Shown: one piece after another, positions 1 to 11,374 of the stretch | Layout of the letters: each line of letters opens with the position of its first letter | Numbering within the stretch: position 1 is the stretch's first letter | Assembly (NCBI GenBank): GCA_002269645.1 | Contig: NIVC01004252.1 | Location: 1-53,179, forward strand | Length of the DNA stretch: 53,179 nt | Source: Macrostomum lignano | Lineage: Eukaryota | Reading direction: 5' to 3' | Program-made: the position numbers and the translations under genes | The notes under the pieces: generated by a model | The model's input: only the letters and a program-made list of their open reading frames with translations | Database searches by the model: none | What the model was told of the DNA's origin: nothing

Positions 1-841
1 TCACCAAATCGGGTATGGAAAGGATTAAAATTTGGGATACAGTTGCAAATATCTGGTGGATATCAGCCTAGGATACTTTATGGAACCTCAATTTCAACCG
101 ATATAGCAGTTCGTATAGATTCAATTCAATTAGTCGTACCAACTATTGAGTAACAGCCCCACTTTTAAAACACATCGATAATCAGTTAACGCATGATCAG
201 GAAATATTTTATTTGAATCGTCGACATTTTATGCGAACCATTAATAATAACCAGGATTCATTCCAGTGGCAAATACTGACATCAAAACGTCGGGTGAGAT
301 ATATTTTTGTTTGGTTTAAAATAACAAACAGAAGGAGTAAAAGAGCAAATGGGGATTTATATTGGCTTCAATCGGGTGCCATAGCAGCACAAGCAGCACC
401 GCAACAGACAACAATGCGGCTGCAATTAACGAGTTTAATGTTCAGAATATCCGCCTGCAGGTTGATGATCAATATTATCCGGTTAAAGATCCTCTTAATC
501 TAAATATTGCAAATAATGATGTTAATGATTTTATAAAATATTATCAAGATTATGCCAAAAATGAAGCGTATGCCGTCCCTCAGTACACACCCACAGAGTT
601 TCTAAACATTCATCCAGTGGTTGTTTATGATCTAACGGCACAGAAAGAAAACGTAGCCAATATTGGACTTAATTATATGTTAGAGATTAATAAAACCGGT
701 AATCAGGCACTTGACGCCCACGTATTGTTTCTAGAGGAATATATGTCAATTGCTAAAGCTGATGGCACGATTGTTCGGGACGCGCCACTATGTCGAGTGC
801 AAAGCACGTGCAGCAGGTCTCCGACCGTCGCGCCTATTTAA
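1..841 (+). CDS. Polinton major capsid protein, C-terminal part, 5' truncated by the window edge, frameshifts near 150 and about 410
   Basis: Stitched frames give IRIDSIQLVVPTIE / FQWQILTSKRRVRYIFVWF / FNVQNIRLQVDDQYYP..YYQDY..PTEFLNIHPVVVYDLTAQKE, the pattern of the Polinton double jelly-roll capsid C-terminus. Directly upstream of the ATPase. Confidence 0.8.
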
Positions 842-856
842 ATTATTTCTTTAAAA

Positions 857-1664
857 ATGGTAAAGGCAAAACACAATAAAATATTTCCAAATGATCCTTT
901 TCTTTGTTTAGTAATCGGAGGATCAGGTAAAGGAAAAACACACTTTGTTTACGATTTATTAACAACAGATGGAATGTTAGACTATAATAATTTAATAATT
1001 TATACTAATAAACCTAGAATAAAATATTATGAATTTCTTAAACATGGATTAAAAAACAAATTAAAAAAAGATGTCTTGTTTAGAATGTTAAGAGCATATG
1101 AGCAATATGAGGATGATGACGAACCGCGATTTAATCTAGCAGACATTGAGGATTTATGTAAAACAATGGCACAACAGCCAGAAAACATCACCGATCGCCC
1201 CGAAGGGTCGCGGACTTCGTCCGATCGAGCCCCAACTGTTAGAGTATCAACCGATTAGCCTATGATCAAATTCCAAAACATGATAAAACACTAATTATTT
1301 TTGATGATTGTATTAATGACGGTGATCAAGAATTGCAAAAGGAAATTTTTGTTAGTGGTAGAGGAGATGGAATTGGAGCTTTTTATCTTACTCAATCCTT
1401 TAGAGAATTAGAATCGATTATAAAAAAGAATGCTAGCTGTTGTGTAATGTTTGATTTAGATAACTATGATTTACAAAATATTCACGCTAGATTTAATCCC
1501 GGTTGGATGCAAAACCATTTAAAAGTATGTGTAAAAAAATTTGGGATGATAGCCAATACAAACATATTTATATCAATCCGAGGTTAGAAAGGAAACATAG
1601 AATTTTAACAAATTTGATAAAAGAAGATAATGAGGAAGAGGACATAGCACAATTCCCACTATAA
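857..1664 (+). CDS. A32-like (FtsK/HerA) DNA packaging ATPase, two 1-nt frameshifts (about 1255 and about 1505)
   Basis: Walker A IGGSGKGKT, Walker B LIIFDDCI (about 1291-1314, second frame), FVSGRG..YLTQSF motif, and C-terminal FKSMCKKIWDDSQYKHIYIN in a third frame ending at TAA 1662-1664. Confidence 0.9.
1194..1225 (+). repeat. Double-hairpin element, copy in the ATPase gene
   Basis: AT CGCCCC-GAA-GGGTCG CGGAC-TTC-GTCCG AT (one mismatch in arm 1). Confidence 0.85.
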
Positions 1665-1666
1665 AA

Positions 1667-2476
1667 ATGACTACAAATTTAATACTATAAAACAATTGGT
1701 AGATCGAACTAATTCAAAATTTAGTACAACATTACAGTTTATAATGACAAAGCGAGCAACGGATTCAATTGCGCGATCCATTACAACTTGATCAAAGCCT
1801 AAGTTATCAAATAGGTTTAATACTATTTTCGGTTTTCAACATGCCTCAATTAATTAATGCAACAAATAATCAATTTAGATATTCTAAAGATTCCGGAGCC
1901 AATTGGACAACATTTAGCGTTAACCCAGGAGCGTATAGCTATACTGATTTGAATGCTTATATAGAAGGAGAATTAACAACTAATGGTGATTGGGTAGCAG
2001 GAGCAATTGTTATAGGTGTTGATTTACCGTCTGGCAGATTCACACTATCACTAGGATCCGGATATCAGGTTGATTTCACAATTGCAAATTCACTCAGAAC
2101 CATACTTGGATTTAATTCCCGAATAGTTACCACATCAAGCACCGGTGATACAGTGGAAATATGAGGGGAGTAAATACAATTAATATAACAACCGACATTC
2201 AAACGGTGGTTATATAACAGATAATAATGGAGTTTTGGTTCAACGTGGAATTATTTATTCATCCCATTTCTTGCTGTTCCAATTGGAGAGAAAATGATTG
2301 TTCACCTCAAACCCCAATATATTACCCATTAAATCAATATAATGTTCAATCAATTTATATTAGGATTGTAGATGAAAGCGATAGATTAATAAGTTTTGGT
2401 GGGCAATCAATAACAATAATTTTACGTATAAAACAGGTTTTCGAACCGGTTCGAGGACTTTGTCCGTTTCCTATAG
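1667..2476 (+). CDS. Minor capsid protein (penton), several frameshifts; 3' end approximate
   Basis: DPLQLDQSLSYQIGL..INATNNQFRYS, NPGAYSYTDLNAYI, SLRTILGF and PIYYPLNQYNVQSIYIRIVDESDRLISFGGQSITIILRI follow the Polinton penton pattern. ATG at 1667 in TAAAAATG context. Confidence 0.82.
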
Positions 2477-2481
2477 TAAAA

Positions 2482-2688
2482 ATGGGTAATCGAACAACAT
2501 GTTCGCGTGCAAAGCACGATAATAATAATTTACTAAAAAAACAATCAGAAAAAGTTAAAAAAGCTGAAGATAATTACGAACTAGAACTAGCAAAATTAAG
2601 GCAGTTACAAGCTGATAAAATAAGAAAGGAATTGTTAAAACCCACACCTACGAAACTAACTAAAACCAAGAGTTTTTCAGGAACATAA
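2482..2688 (+). CDS. Small basic/coiled-coil viral protein (68 aa); in this assembly it is in frame with the penton end
   Basis: ATG in GTAAAAATG context like the other viral starts; Lys-rich helical sequence. Carries a double-hairpin insert in codons 4-13. Confidence 0.5.
   Translation: MGNRTTCSRAKHDNNNLLKKQSEKVKKAEDNYELELAKLRQLQADKIRKELLKPTPTKLTKTKSFSGT
2489..2520 (+). repeat. Double-hairpin element, copy in ORF 2482
   Basis: AT CGAACA-ACA-TGTTCG CGTGC-AAA-GCACG AT, perfect stems. Confidence 0.9.
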
Positions 2689-2689
2689 A

Positions 2690-3129
2690 ATGACCATGAC
2701 GTGGGATGATTTTAAACAAAGATATGGAACAGACACAACAAGCAATATCGAATTAACAAATTGGCGCGGCAGTTAAAAATAAAACCATTCAGATGTGTTA
2801 TGCGAGATGAGATAAAAGACTTACCACAATATGGATCTTTCATTGTTAATATTGAAACAACAAAAGAAAATGGTGTTCATTGGTCAGCAGTTTATTCAAA
2901 ACCAAAACTTGTTTATTTTTTTGATTCATACGCGCTTCCTCCGTTACAGGAAATAAAAGATAAATTTAATCATACTAAAAATCGTTTATGTGGAGATTAT
3001 CACGAACAATTTCAAACATTTGATAAAAGTTATTGCGGGCAGGCTGCGTTGTATTTTTTATATCGACTTTCGAATGAAGCTCGTGTAAACCCCGAAGTAT
3101 TTAAGATGATTTTAGACTCTATAAAATAG
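2690..3129 (+). CDS. Adenain-like cysteine (maturation) protease, one frameshift near 2760
   Basis: Catalytic motifs NGVHW (His), YFFDSYA (Asp) and QTFDKSYCG (Gln/Cys). Upstream ATG at 2690 gives TTSNIEL, typical of Polinton protease N-termini. Confidence 0.9.
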
Positions 3130-3139
3130 ACAGTAAAAA

Positions 3140-5157
3140 ATGTTATTTTCTGGAACACCCTCATGGAACGGAACATCAAGTACTGGTGGTGGTACTTCTG
3201 GTGGAATAAGTGTTACATTCGGAGATAACCGATATATTAATGAAGATGAAGGTTATAAAAAAAGTGAAGTTGATACTAAACTAAATTTAAAAAGAAATGT
3301 TGCAGATTCCTATACCAAAACTCAAATAGATAATTCCCTAAATTTAAAACGGAACGTAGCCGATTCATATACAAAAACAGAGGTTGACAATGGGTTAAAT
3401 TTAAAAAGAGATATAACTGATTCTTATTCTCGAACTCAAATAGATGATTCATTAAATTTAAAACGCAATACGGCCGATTCTTATACCAAAACCGAAGTTG
3501 ATAATTCCCTAAATTTAAAACGGAATGTTGCTGATTCCTATACCAAAACTGAAGTTGATAATTCCCTAAATTTAAAAAGAGATATAACTGATTCCTATAC
3601 CAAAACCGAAGTTGATAATTCCCTAAATTTAAAAAGAGATATAACTGATTCTTATAGCAAAACTGAAGTTGATAATTCCTTAAATTTAAAAAGAGATATA
3701 ACTGATTCCTATACCAAAACGGAGGTTGATAATTTAGTTGGGGTGGAGCCCAAAACAGATCGATTCCAAACGGTTGAAACTGGTCACATACCTACCATGG
3801 CAGATTGGAGTGGAAATGGTTTTGCAATAACCGCAAGCACTGCATTTAATACAACTGATTTTGCAAGTTGGAAAGCGTTTGATGGAAATGATTCAACAGA
3901 TTGGGCAACAAATAATACTCAAACCGATTATTGGATTCAAGTCAATGCCCTTCCGCAATAATGTGTTATAAAATTGATTTACGTGGTAGGCCATCAACCG
4001 AGCACCAGCATCATGGCGATTTGAGGAAGTAATGACAATACAAGTGGGACGTTTAATACCTGCGGATAGTTCTGTAGAAATAAATAACTCAACTCAAACA
4101 ATTAATGTCACACAAAATTTTGATAAAACATATTCATATTTCAGATTGTTCTGTCTTACATCAACTTCGGGTCTACAAACCCCGGCTGTCAACCTTCAGA
4201 TTTATAGACAGACTTTTACAATTCTTGATTTAAATTTGGGAGTAGTTAATCAATCAATTGATATGGGTTAATACGATCACAATATCTCTATATAAACAAT
4301 AACAGTTCTGTTGTTACTAAAGGTTATGTTGACACGCGAGTAACACAAACGGCGGATGGCCGAATGTCTTTTAATGATAAAATAAAATTGGATGGAATAC
4401 CTGCAATCGATGCCGCTTTGTACGAGCCTGTAATTTGCAATTGGACTGGATATCAAAACCCAACCACAGCCGGTGATATTTTTCCAACTGGAAGTTTTGT
4501 TGGTACGCTACTTATATTGATTATCAAAATGGAGTTAGAATTACTGATGAAGCAAGTGGTCAGTCTGGAGCGTTGCAATTTAATTTCACCCATTTTCGTA
4601 ATATCTCCGCCTCCTTCTATTTCCGAGTTGCTAATACTACAGGAGATGGTGCTGACGCTGTTTGGTTTTATGCATATTGTCACGAACGTCCAACAAGTGA
4701 ATTTGGATCCGGGTTAACAACCCGCGCCGGCTTGATTGTGTTTGCGAGTGAATGGCATGATAGAGTTGGGGTTGTTTGGAGCAATATAAAATCAGACGGT
4801 GCAACAGCTCGTAATGATGTTCTTAATGACGCAGATCAAACTATAACCTATGCTAATATTGATAACGGCGATTGGCATCTTTTTGAAATTAATATTTTAA
4901 ATCAAAGAGTTTGGTATCAAATAAGCACATACAATGTATCAGCTAATACATATACGCTAATTGGGCAAAACTTTTTTACATATGATAGTGGAACTTGGGG
5001 AGATTTAGATAAAACGGGAACTCTTATGGGTTTTGGTGCTCGAACTGGAGGATCGGATGCTTTTATTCGTGGTGCAGCCGTTTGTGGTAGCACATCAGCA
5101 GGATATGATTTTGCTGCGACCGCATATTTGGAACGGCCACAAACCGAAATAACTTAA
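3140..5157 (+). CDS. Putative fibre/spike: Gly/Ser/Thr N-terminus, 19-aa repeat shaft, discoidin (F5/8 type C)-like domain, L-type lectin-like domain; multiple frameshifts, could be two genes
   Basis: Repeats YTKTEVDNSLNLKRxxxDS. WKAFDGNDSTDW..YWIQ, WRFEGSNDNT and YSYFRLF across frames. FYFRVANTTGDGADAVWFY and DNGDWHLFEINI in ORF 4573-5157. Confidence 0.65.
3254..3735 (+). repeat. 57-nt coding tandem repeat, 8 full copies plus 1 partial
   Basis: TAT codons starting each unit at 3254, 3311, 3368 ... 3710 (57-nt spacing). Confidence 0.95.
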
Positions 5158-5172
5158 ATATTTATATATAAA

Positions 5173-5499
5173 ATGGCTTTTAGTAGAACTCCATCGATGC
5201 GGCAAAATAATGTTATTATTCCTATTCCTAAACAAGAATCAAATATAAAAACATTCAAATCTCATACCAAATTTTTATTTAGTACTGTAAATGTTCAGGA
5301 TAATAAGAAACTTCAAGAATTAATTAAGTTATTAAAAAATCATATTATACTTCAAGAGTTTTGGAAAATAGGATTTAAATGGGAGAAAAAAGAAAGAATA
5401 ACTCCAATACAATACCTATTGAGCTCGGGACAAATCCCCAAAGAGCGTGGGGAATTCATTTTGGTGCTATTAAAAATAGACGAGAATGTCGGTATCTGA
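5173..5499 (+). CDS. Hypothetical viral protein (108 aa)
   Basis: Clean ORF with TATAAAATG start, overlapping the next ORF. Confidence 0.6.
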   Translation: MAFSRTPSMRQNNVIIPIPKQESNIKTFKSHTKFLFSTVNVQDNKKLQELIKLLKNHIILQEFWKIGFKWEKKERITPIQYLLSSGQIPKERGEFILVLLKIDENVGI

Positions 5500-6141
5500 A
5501 GCAGATAAATGGGAACGCGACCGGTTCAACCAACGTAAAGGTCAGATGTTAAGTAATGTTGATCGTATTAACTATGATTATGATTTATATACTAAAAAAG
5601 TAAGAAGAGTTTCAAACCATATAAGAAATATGGATTTTTTCAATATTGGATTTGGAAGCTTATCAATGTTATGTGTAATCGTTTTAGGTATTTTACAATC
5701 TATTCCAACTCTTAATTTATCTCAATTATTTTTAGGTATTTCAATTGGCTCAATATCAGGTTTTGAATTGATCAGAAACTTATCAATACTTTTAGCAATT
5801 AAATTATATCTTAAAAAAGAAAGGAAAAATATAAATCTTTAAGAGATGTTGCCAAGCAATATAAAAATCAGTTATATTTATATGTGCAAAAAATATTGGA
5901 TGACGGAGAGATAACGATTCATGAATTATCAACCGCGGTTGAATTATATGAAAAATATTTAAAAGACAGAAACAGAACCCTAGATGTTGAAACTTTTACC
6001 GATATGGAATTAAAAGAGTTGAGACTCGATAAACCCAAAGCTCCACCGATAGAAACATTAGGCATTTACGAACCTGAAACTATTGCTACTGGGGCACAAA
6101 GCCCGCGGTCAGGAAGTGCTGTAGAACTTAATGTTGTTTAA
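5486..6141 (+). CDS. Polinton two-TM membrane protein, frameshift near 5820 joining ORFs 5486-5842 and 5884-6141
   Basis: Two hydrophobic segments, then KYKSLRDVAKQYKNQLYLYVQKILDDGEITIHEL, resembling the L-D-G-I-S-EF motif seen in Maverick TM proteins (from recall). Confidence 0.6.
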
Positions 6142-6621
6142 TTTATTTAATGCATATGTTATATATTCTTCCCAAAGTGGTAACTCTCTTCTGATTCTAG
6201 GTTTAAATTTTTTATCAATACATAAAAATTCCAATGACTTTTTCAGTAACATTTCGTTAGGTATGTTACCTATCCTTATAAACTTTGTATTCTCTCGAAT
6301 AAGAAAATTGAAATAATATCCAACTAAAATTAAAATCCTTTCGGAGTCTTTCGAACTTAATCCCTTTCCTTTATTTAAATGGAAAAAGTTATTATATAAA
6401 TAAACATTATTTCCGGGAATTAAAATTGGATCAGAAATGTCTCTTGTAAGATTTCTTAAAATTGTATTTTTAAAATAGTAATATGAGTTTTCAATCTTTT
6501 TTGTTTTTTCAAATTGATATATTTTAGAACATGAATAACACATATGATATATATCTCCGTTTGCTGTTTGCCCTCTGTGCATAGTCACATTACATTTATT
6601 ACAAACATAAATGTCTTTCAT
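6109..6621 (-). CDS. Hypothetical viral protein with N-terminal zinc ribbon
   Basis: CNKC-x17-CYSC; ATG after an A-run. Confidence 0.6.
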   Translation of the reverse strand: MKDIYVCNKCNVTMHRGQTANGDIYHMCYSCSKIYQFEKTKKIENSYYYFKNTILRNLTRDISDPILIPGNNVYLYNNFFHLNKGKGLSSKDSERILILVGYYFNFLIRENTKFIRIGNIPNEMLLKKSLEFLCIDKKFKPRIRRELPLWEEYITYALNKLNNIKFYSTS

Positions 6622-6648
6622 TTTTTTTTATTATTTTTTAGATTAAAA

Positions 6649-6981
6649 ATGGAGAGCTGGTTCAAAACCGATTCTAATGTGATTAATTATCTCACACCCA
6701 ATATGTTGGAGAATAAAGAATATAATATTGTATGTTTGAGACAGGTTAAATTTATTGGGCTTCAATCAATATTTTTACAATTAGATGGGCAAAAAATTTT
6801 ATGTCTAAGCGGAGATGATGTTAAAAATTTTCCTGTTTTAGTTATTAATAAACCTAAAGCGTTTGTTATGAAATACTGCAACGAGGGTGGATTGCAATTT
6901 AAACTAAAACAAACAAATAATAAAAAGAGTGATAGGACTGTAAAATTGGCGGCTGTTTGGGAGGATGACGACGAAGACTAA
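6649..6981 (+). CDS. Hypothetical viral protein, possible ssDNA-binding protein (110 aa)
   Basis: ATG in TTAAAAATG context; beta-rich core and acidic tail WEDDDED. Confidence 0.55.
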   Translation: MESWFKTDSNVINYLTPNMLENKEYNIVCLRQVKFIGLQSIFLQLDGQKILCLSGDDVKNFPVLVINKPKAFVMKYCNEGGLQFKLKQTNNKKSDRTVKLAAVWEDDDED

Positions 6982-6996
6982 ATTTTTTATAAGAAA

Positions 6997-7356
6997 ATGG
7001 ATACGATAAAAATCCTTATCACTAAAGAGCGTGAACTTAATGATATTAATAAAAAAATAAATATAATTATATCTCAGAAATATCATGAGTATGGGGACGA
7101 TATGTTTCCCATCCGATATGAGATAGATAAAAGAAAACGTTTTTTAAGACAAGATATTGTTTATGCTGAAATAGTAATTGAAATTGAAATAGATAGGTTG
7201 GTTAGAAAAATAAAAAAACTTAGGAAAAAAATAAAGGATTGTTTAAGTTACCCTGCCGACTGTGAGGATAATTGGTGCTCAATAATATATGAAATTGAAG
7301 TTAATGATTTGCTCAAACAATTACATGCTTTAGTTTTTTACAGACCCGATAAGTAA
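6997..7356 (+). CDS. Hypothetical helical viral protein, 3' end overlapping polB
   Basis: 119-aa ATG ORF, Ile/Lys-rich heptads. Confidence 0.55.
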   Translation: MDTIKILITKERELNDINKKINIIISQKYHEYGDDMFPIRYEIDKRKRFLRQDIVYAEIVIEIEIDRLVRKIKKLRKKIKDCLSYPADCEDNWCSIIYEIEVNDLLKQLHALVFYRPDK

Positions 7357-10300
7357 TTTTTCTGTTAATCTCTTCCAGTTATTCAAGACTTTTTCCTTAT
7401 TTAATTTTTTAAGTTCTTTTGGAAATGTTGAATAATAATTATCTATATCTTTTTCATATTCTAGAAATGTATTATATTCACAATCACATTCGGATTCACA
7501 ATCACAATCGTAATAATAATTATTTATTGCCGCTTTGTATTCATTATATTTACTTATTATATCTTCTTTTTGTTTTTTATCTTTTATCATATTTTTTATC
7601 TCTTCTTTTAAACCATATGGATATGTTTTAATTTTATCATCTAAATACCTTTTATCATCAAATGGACTTAATGTTTTTTTATCTGTCTCGATGACAAACA
7701 TCTGATGCTTATCTGAATTTAATCGATATTGTGGAGCATGATAATTTTCAATTGTATTAAGGTAATCTAAAAGTACGTTTTTATAATCATCAAATGTTAT
7801 CTTTTTTACTGCTGCTCTTGATACCCCTTTTATTTTTTTTACCTCTCCCTCCTGTCCTAAAACCTTAAATGCATAGCATTTTGATCTTATTGCTATAAAC
7901 TCGGTTATGATTTTGCTATTTAATTCATCTTTCATTTTAAGTACAACTTTTTTATTTTGATCTGATTTTAAAGGATGGTTATCCGGATAGTCGGAGGTAT
8001 CCAATGTATCCTTAATTTTTTCCATATCTTTATAGACATCGAACCTTTGGTTCGCGGGCTTTGCCCGATCCTCTGTTTCAACCTTAAATACCAAACTGTC
8101 GGTGTCTGCATATATTGGATAGTTATCTGGCCATGTTTTATTTATAACATCATAATAATATTCATACATTACCAGCTTTGCATAATCTAAAACAACCATT
8201 CCAATAAATATTGGTTTAAGAAATTTTGTTGTTTTATTTCTCATATGAATACCCATAAAGTTATCATCAAATTTTATAAAGTCTTTAAAGTTAGGTTTTG
8301 AGAAATATTTCTTTGCTTTATCAATATCCTTTTCTAAATGGAATTGGGTTCTATCTCTAATATTTTCAACCGTTTTTCCATAAAAAGCATTATTCATTAA
8401 TTTCCAATAATCTTTCTCAAAATTTGTTTTTGACATCTGTCTCTGATTTGAATTAAAGTCAATATATTTAGCTAACCAATCTTCCTCAATAAACGATATT
8501 GTTCGATGTACTTTAGACACTTTTAATCCCTGCTTTTCATAAAATTGTAGAAGCTTATAATGCACTACATAGTTTTTCTTATCATGTAAATTTAATATTA
8601 ATTTTTTTGTTGCTAGATGTTTTGCACTATCTGCTTTAAGATAATCTTTTTGTGTTTGTGATAAATCATCTTCATTAACTGAACAATGCTCTGGAGCTAA
8701 AGGATATTTATATGTTTTTGCTTTTGCTTCCCGAGTATATTGCAAATCCACTTCTACGATACAGCCCCTTCCTTCGGGAATATTTTTGTAATAATCGGGG
8801 TCATTTTCCCATTGGAAATCAGCTATTGGTAATTTTTGTTTCATACAACCACCGTATAAATTGTTTGCATCTAGATATAATACATATGATGATTTTTCTT
8901 TTTTATTATAATTTGGAAGATACTTATTATTTACTTTAGTATATCTATCTCCTAGTACACCCGAGAATCCGCCGCGAATTCCTCTCTCAATCATTAACAA
9001 CATATCATGATCAGTTAGTAAATCAATCTCAACATCTGTATGTTTCAAACCACAAGCCCATGTTAATCCCGGTGCACTGAAACAATATGCGGGATCAATT
9101 TTAAAATTCTCATATGTATGATTCCTAAAGTTTTCAAATGCATCAGCTAATAGGAGAACATCTGCTTTAAGATATAGATTATGATAATCTTTAAATGTTT
9201 TACAATTAAAATATTTCCATACTTTTTGAGCGTGTTCATAATCCGATTCACTTATATTTGTTTGTGATAATGTTGAATAAAACTTTTCAATTGGGGGTAA
9301 TTCGGTATGAGAAAATACCTCTTTAGATGTTACATATTCATATGGGTAGATGCCCTTACGAGTTAATAGCATTAGTTCTTCCTCGGATAGTTTTTCCTTT
9401 TTAAAGCGATTCAATAAGATTGGAAAGTTTTTCTTTACTATTTCTAAATCCCATGGTTTTGGAACTAATGATGAAACAACATTTGCTAAAGATGTTGATA
9501 AGAATCTCAAGGAATCTAGAAAAACTAGATGGGAGTATTTCTTACCATATGTTATTGATATGTAATTTTCTGATGTTTTAGGTAATATATTTATTTCATA
9601 TTCATCCTTTCCTAAATGAAGCAATTCTCGAACTAGAAATGAAAATCATATCCGGAACCATTATGAAAAAATACTGGTATTTCCTTACATCCTTTTCCTT
9701 CTTTTGCATTACATGATCTACATGCTGCCCCTCGATAATTTCCTGTTAGATGACAATGTTCTCGTATCTTATTATTCTTACTTAAATGTCTTTTGCACAT
9801 AAAACAATTTGTTGCATTTTTATAATTGTCTCTATCCTTATTTGTCATATTAATATTTTTTGATAATTTATCATATTGATTTTGAATATATTCAAATACA
9901 TTTACTAATGATTCTGCCATGTGTTTTGCTGCATCCTTACCGTGGTAAGTAATCATCCTTGATTTAAATATATGATCAGCTACGGAGTGTACATATATAC
10001 AATAACTATTCGGAAACTGTTGTGCCAATTTTTTTGTGCATTCACCATCAGATACTGTCTGTGATTCTTTTAAGGGAACATTTGTTGCTTCAAAATCAGC
10101 ATATATTACTATTGGTTTTTTAACTGCCATATAATGTTGTTGGAACTTTAGGGTTGCATCTTCAGATGCTGGCATTATAGCATTAGTAAATTTGTGATCT
10201 AAACAAAATCGTTGGTGGTTTTTAAGAGATGTTTCATCCTTTTTAAATGTAAAACAATTTCTACATAGTGGATATCTATTTCTATTTTCTCTTAAAAAAG

Positions 10301-11291
10301 AACTAATATCTTTTATGTATATATAATGTGTTTCATTTTCGCGCTGCATGTACAAAAGATCGATTTGATCTGGTGCTGTTATATCAGTTGCTGGCTTAAC
10401 AAGATAACACCTTTTCTTATACCATTCTGGATCGGTTAAAATTTCTTCTAGATCTTTTGGTTCTTCAATTGTAAACACATTAATATTTAAACCATTCATT
10501 TTTTCAATCTTATATATATCATCTATTGCTACTGGGTATGATATGTTTTTCATTATTATTTCATCCTCATATTGTCTATAATTATATATTTTATTAATGT
10601 GTGATTCTACTTGATTGTGATATTTATGAATTAATAAACACCATAATAAACATTTATTATCTTTATTGTCTGGATTTATAATCATAGGTGATTTAAATTT
10701 GAGCTTCATATGTGATCGTCCTTTAAGAATTTCTATAGGTGCAATCTTTACTATTGCTGAATTACAGGATACAAATATAAACCCAGATCCGTTTTCTGTC
10801 ATCTTATCTATCCATTCATCAAACTCAGCTTCTATTTGATCGAATTGATTGTTGTAATTTCCCATTGATAATAATGTTTTATATGATTCTTGTGAAAAGT
10901 TATTTATTACTTCAATTTCTGAATTTGCATTAAGAATATTTGGTTTTTTAAATTCTGTTTCAACTTCTATTTTATACTTAATTGGCTGTCGTTTGTTATT
11001 TGGCCTTATAGTATAATTGTTTAATATAGTCTTTAATTTATCTTTCATTTGTTTAAAATATTCTTTATAATTTGTATTTATATCTATATCTATATATATT
11101 ACTTCAGCTCCATTTTGTCCTTGTGGTTGGGGGTTATTAATATCATTTAATTGTCTTTCTAAACGTATCTCATTTTCTGCCCTAATTCTTGCTTCTATTT
11201 CAGCCCTATCGGCAATTCGTTGTGCATCGATTTGAGCTATTAATTGTGCTCTAAGTTCAGGGTTGTCGATTTGAGCTAAAATTGCTTCCAT
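7330..11291 (-). CDS. polB: Protein-primed family B DNA polymerase with N-terminal terminal-protein region, one 1-nt frameshift near 9635
   Basis: ExoI YADFE, ExoII HNGSGYDFHF, ExoIII YLKADVLLLADAFE. Polymerase motifs YLDANNLYG, KLMNNAFYGK, YADTDS, KKIKGV and LSPFDDKRY. Adding one T joins the two ORFs (HF-LVRELLHLG). Confidence 0.97.
8038..8069 (+). repeat. Double-hairpin element, copy in polB
   Basis: AT CGAACC-TTT-GGTTCG CGGGC-TTT-GCCCG AT, perfect stems. Confidence 0.9.
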
Positions 11292-11374
11292 TTTATAGAA
11301 TATAATTTATATAGTATTTGAATTATTGATTTTTTAATTTGCGTTTTTGGTGTCCAGACCCACCCCCCAGGAGC

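Noticed and set aside
5513-5527. GAAC..GTTC as another double-hairpin copy
   Set aside because: Only a 4-bp stem with a long loop, and no CG-CG junction or AT flanks.
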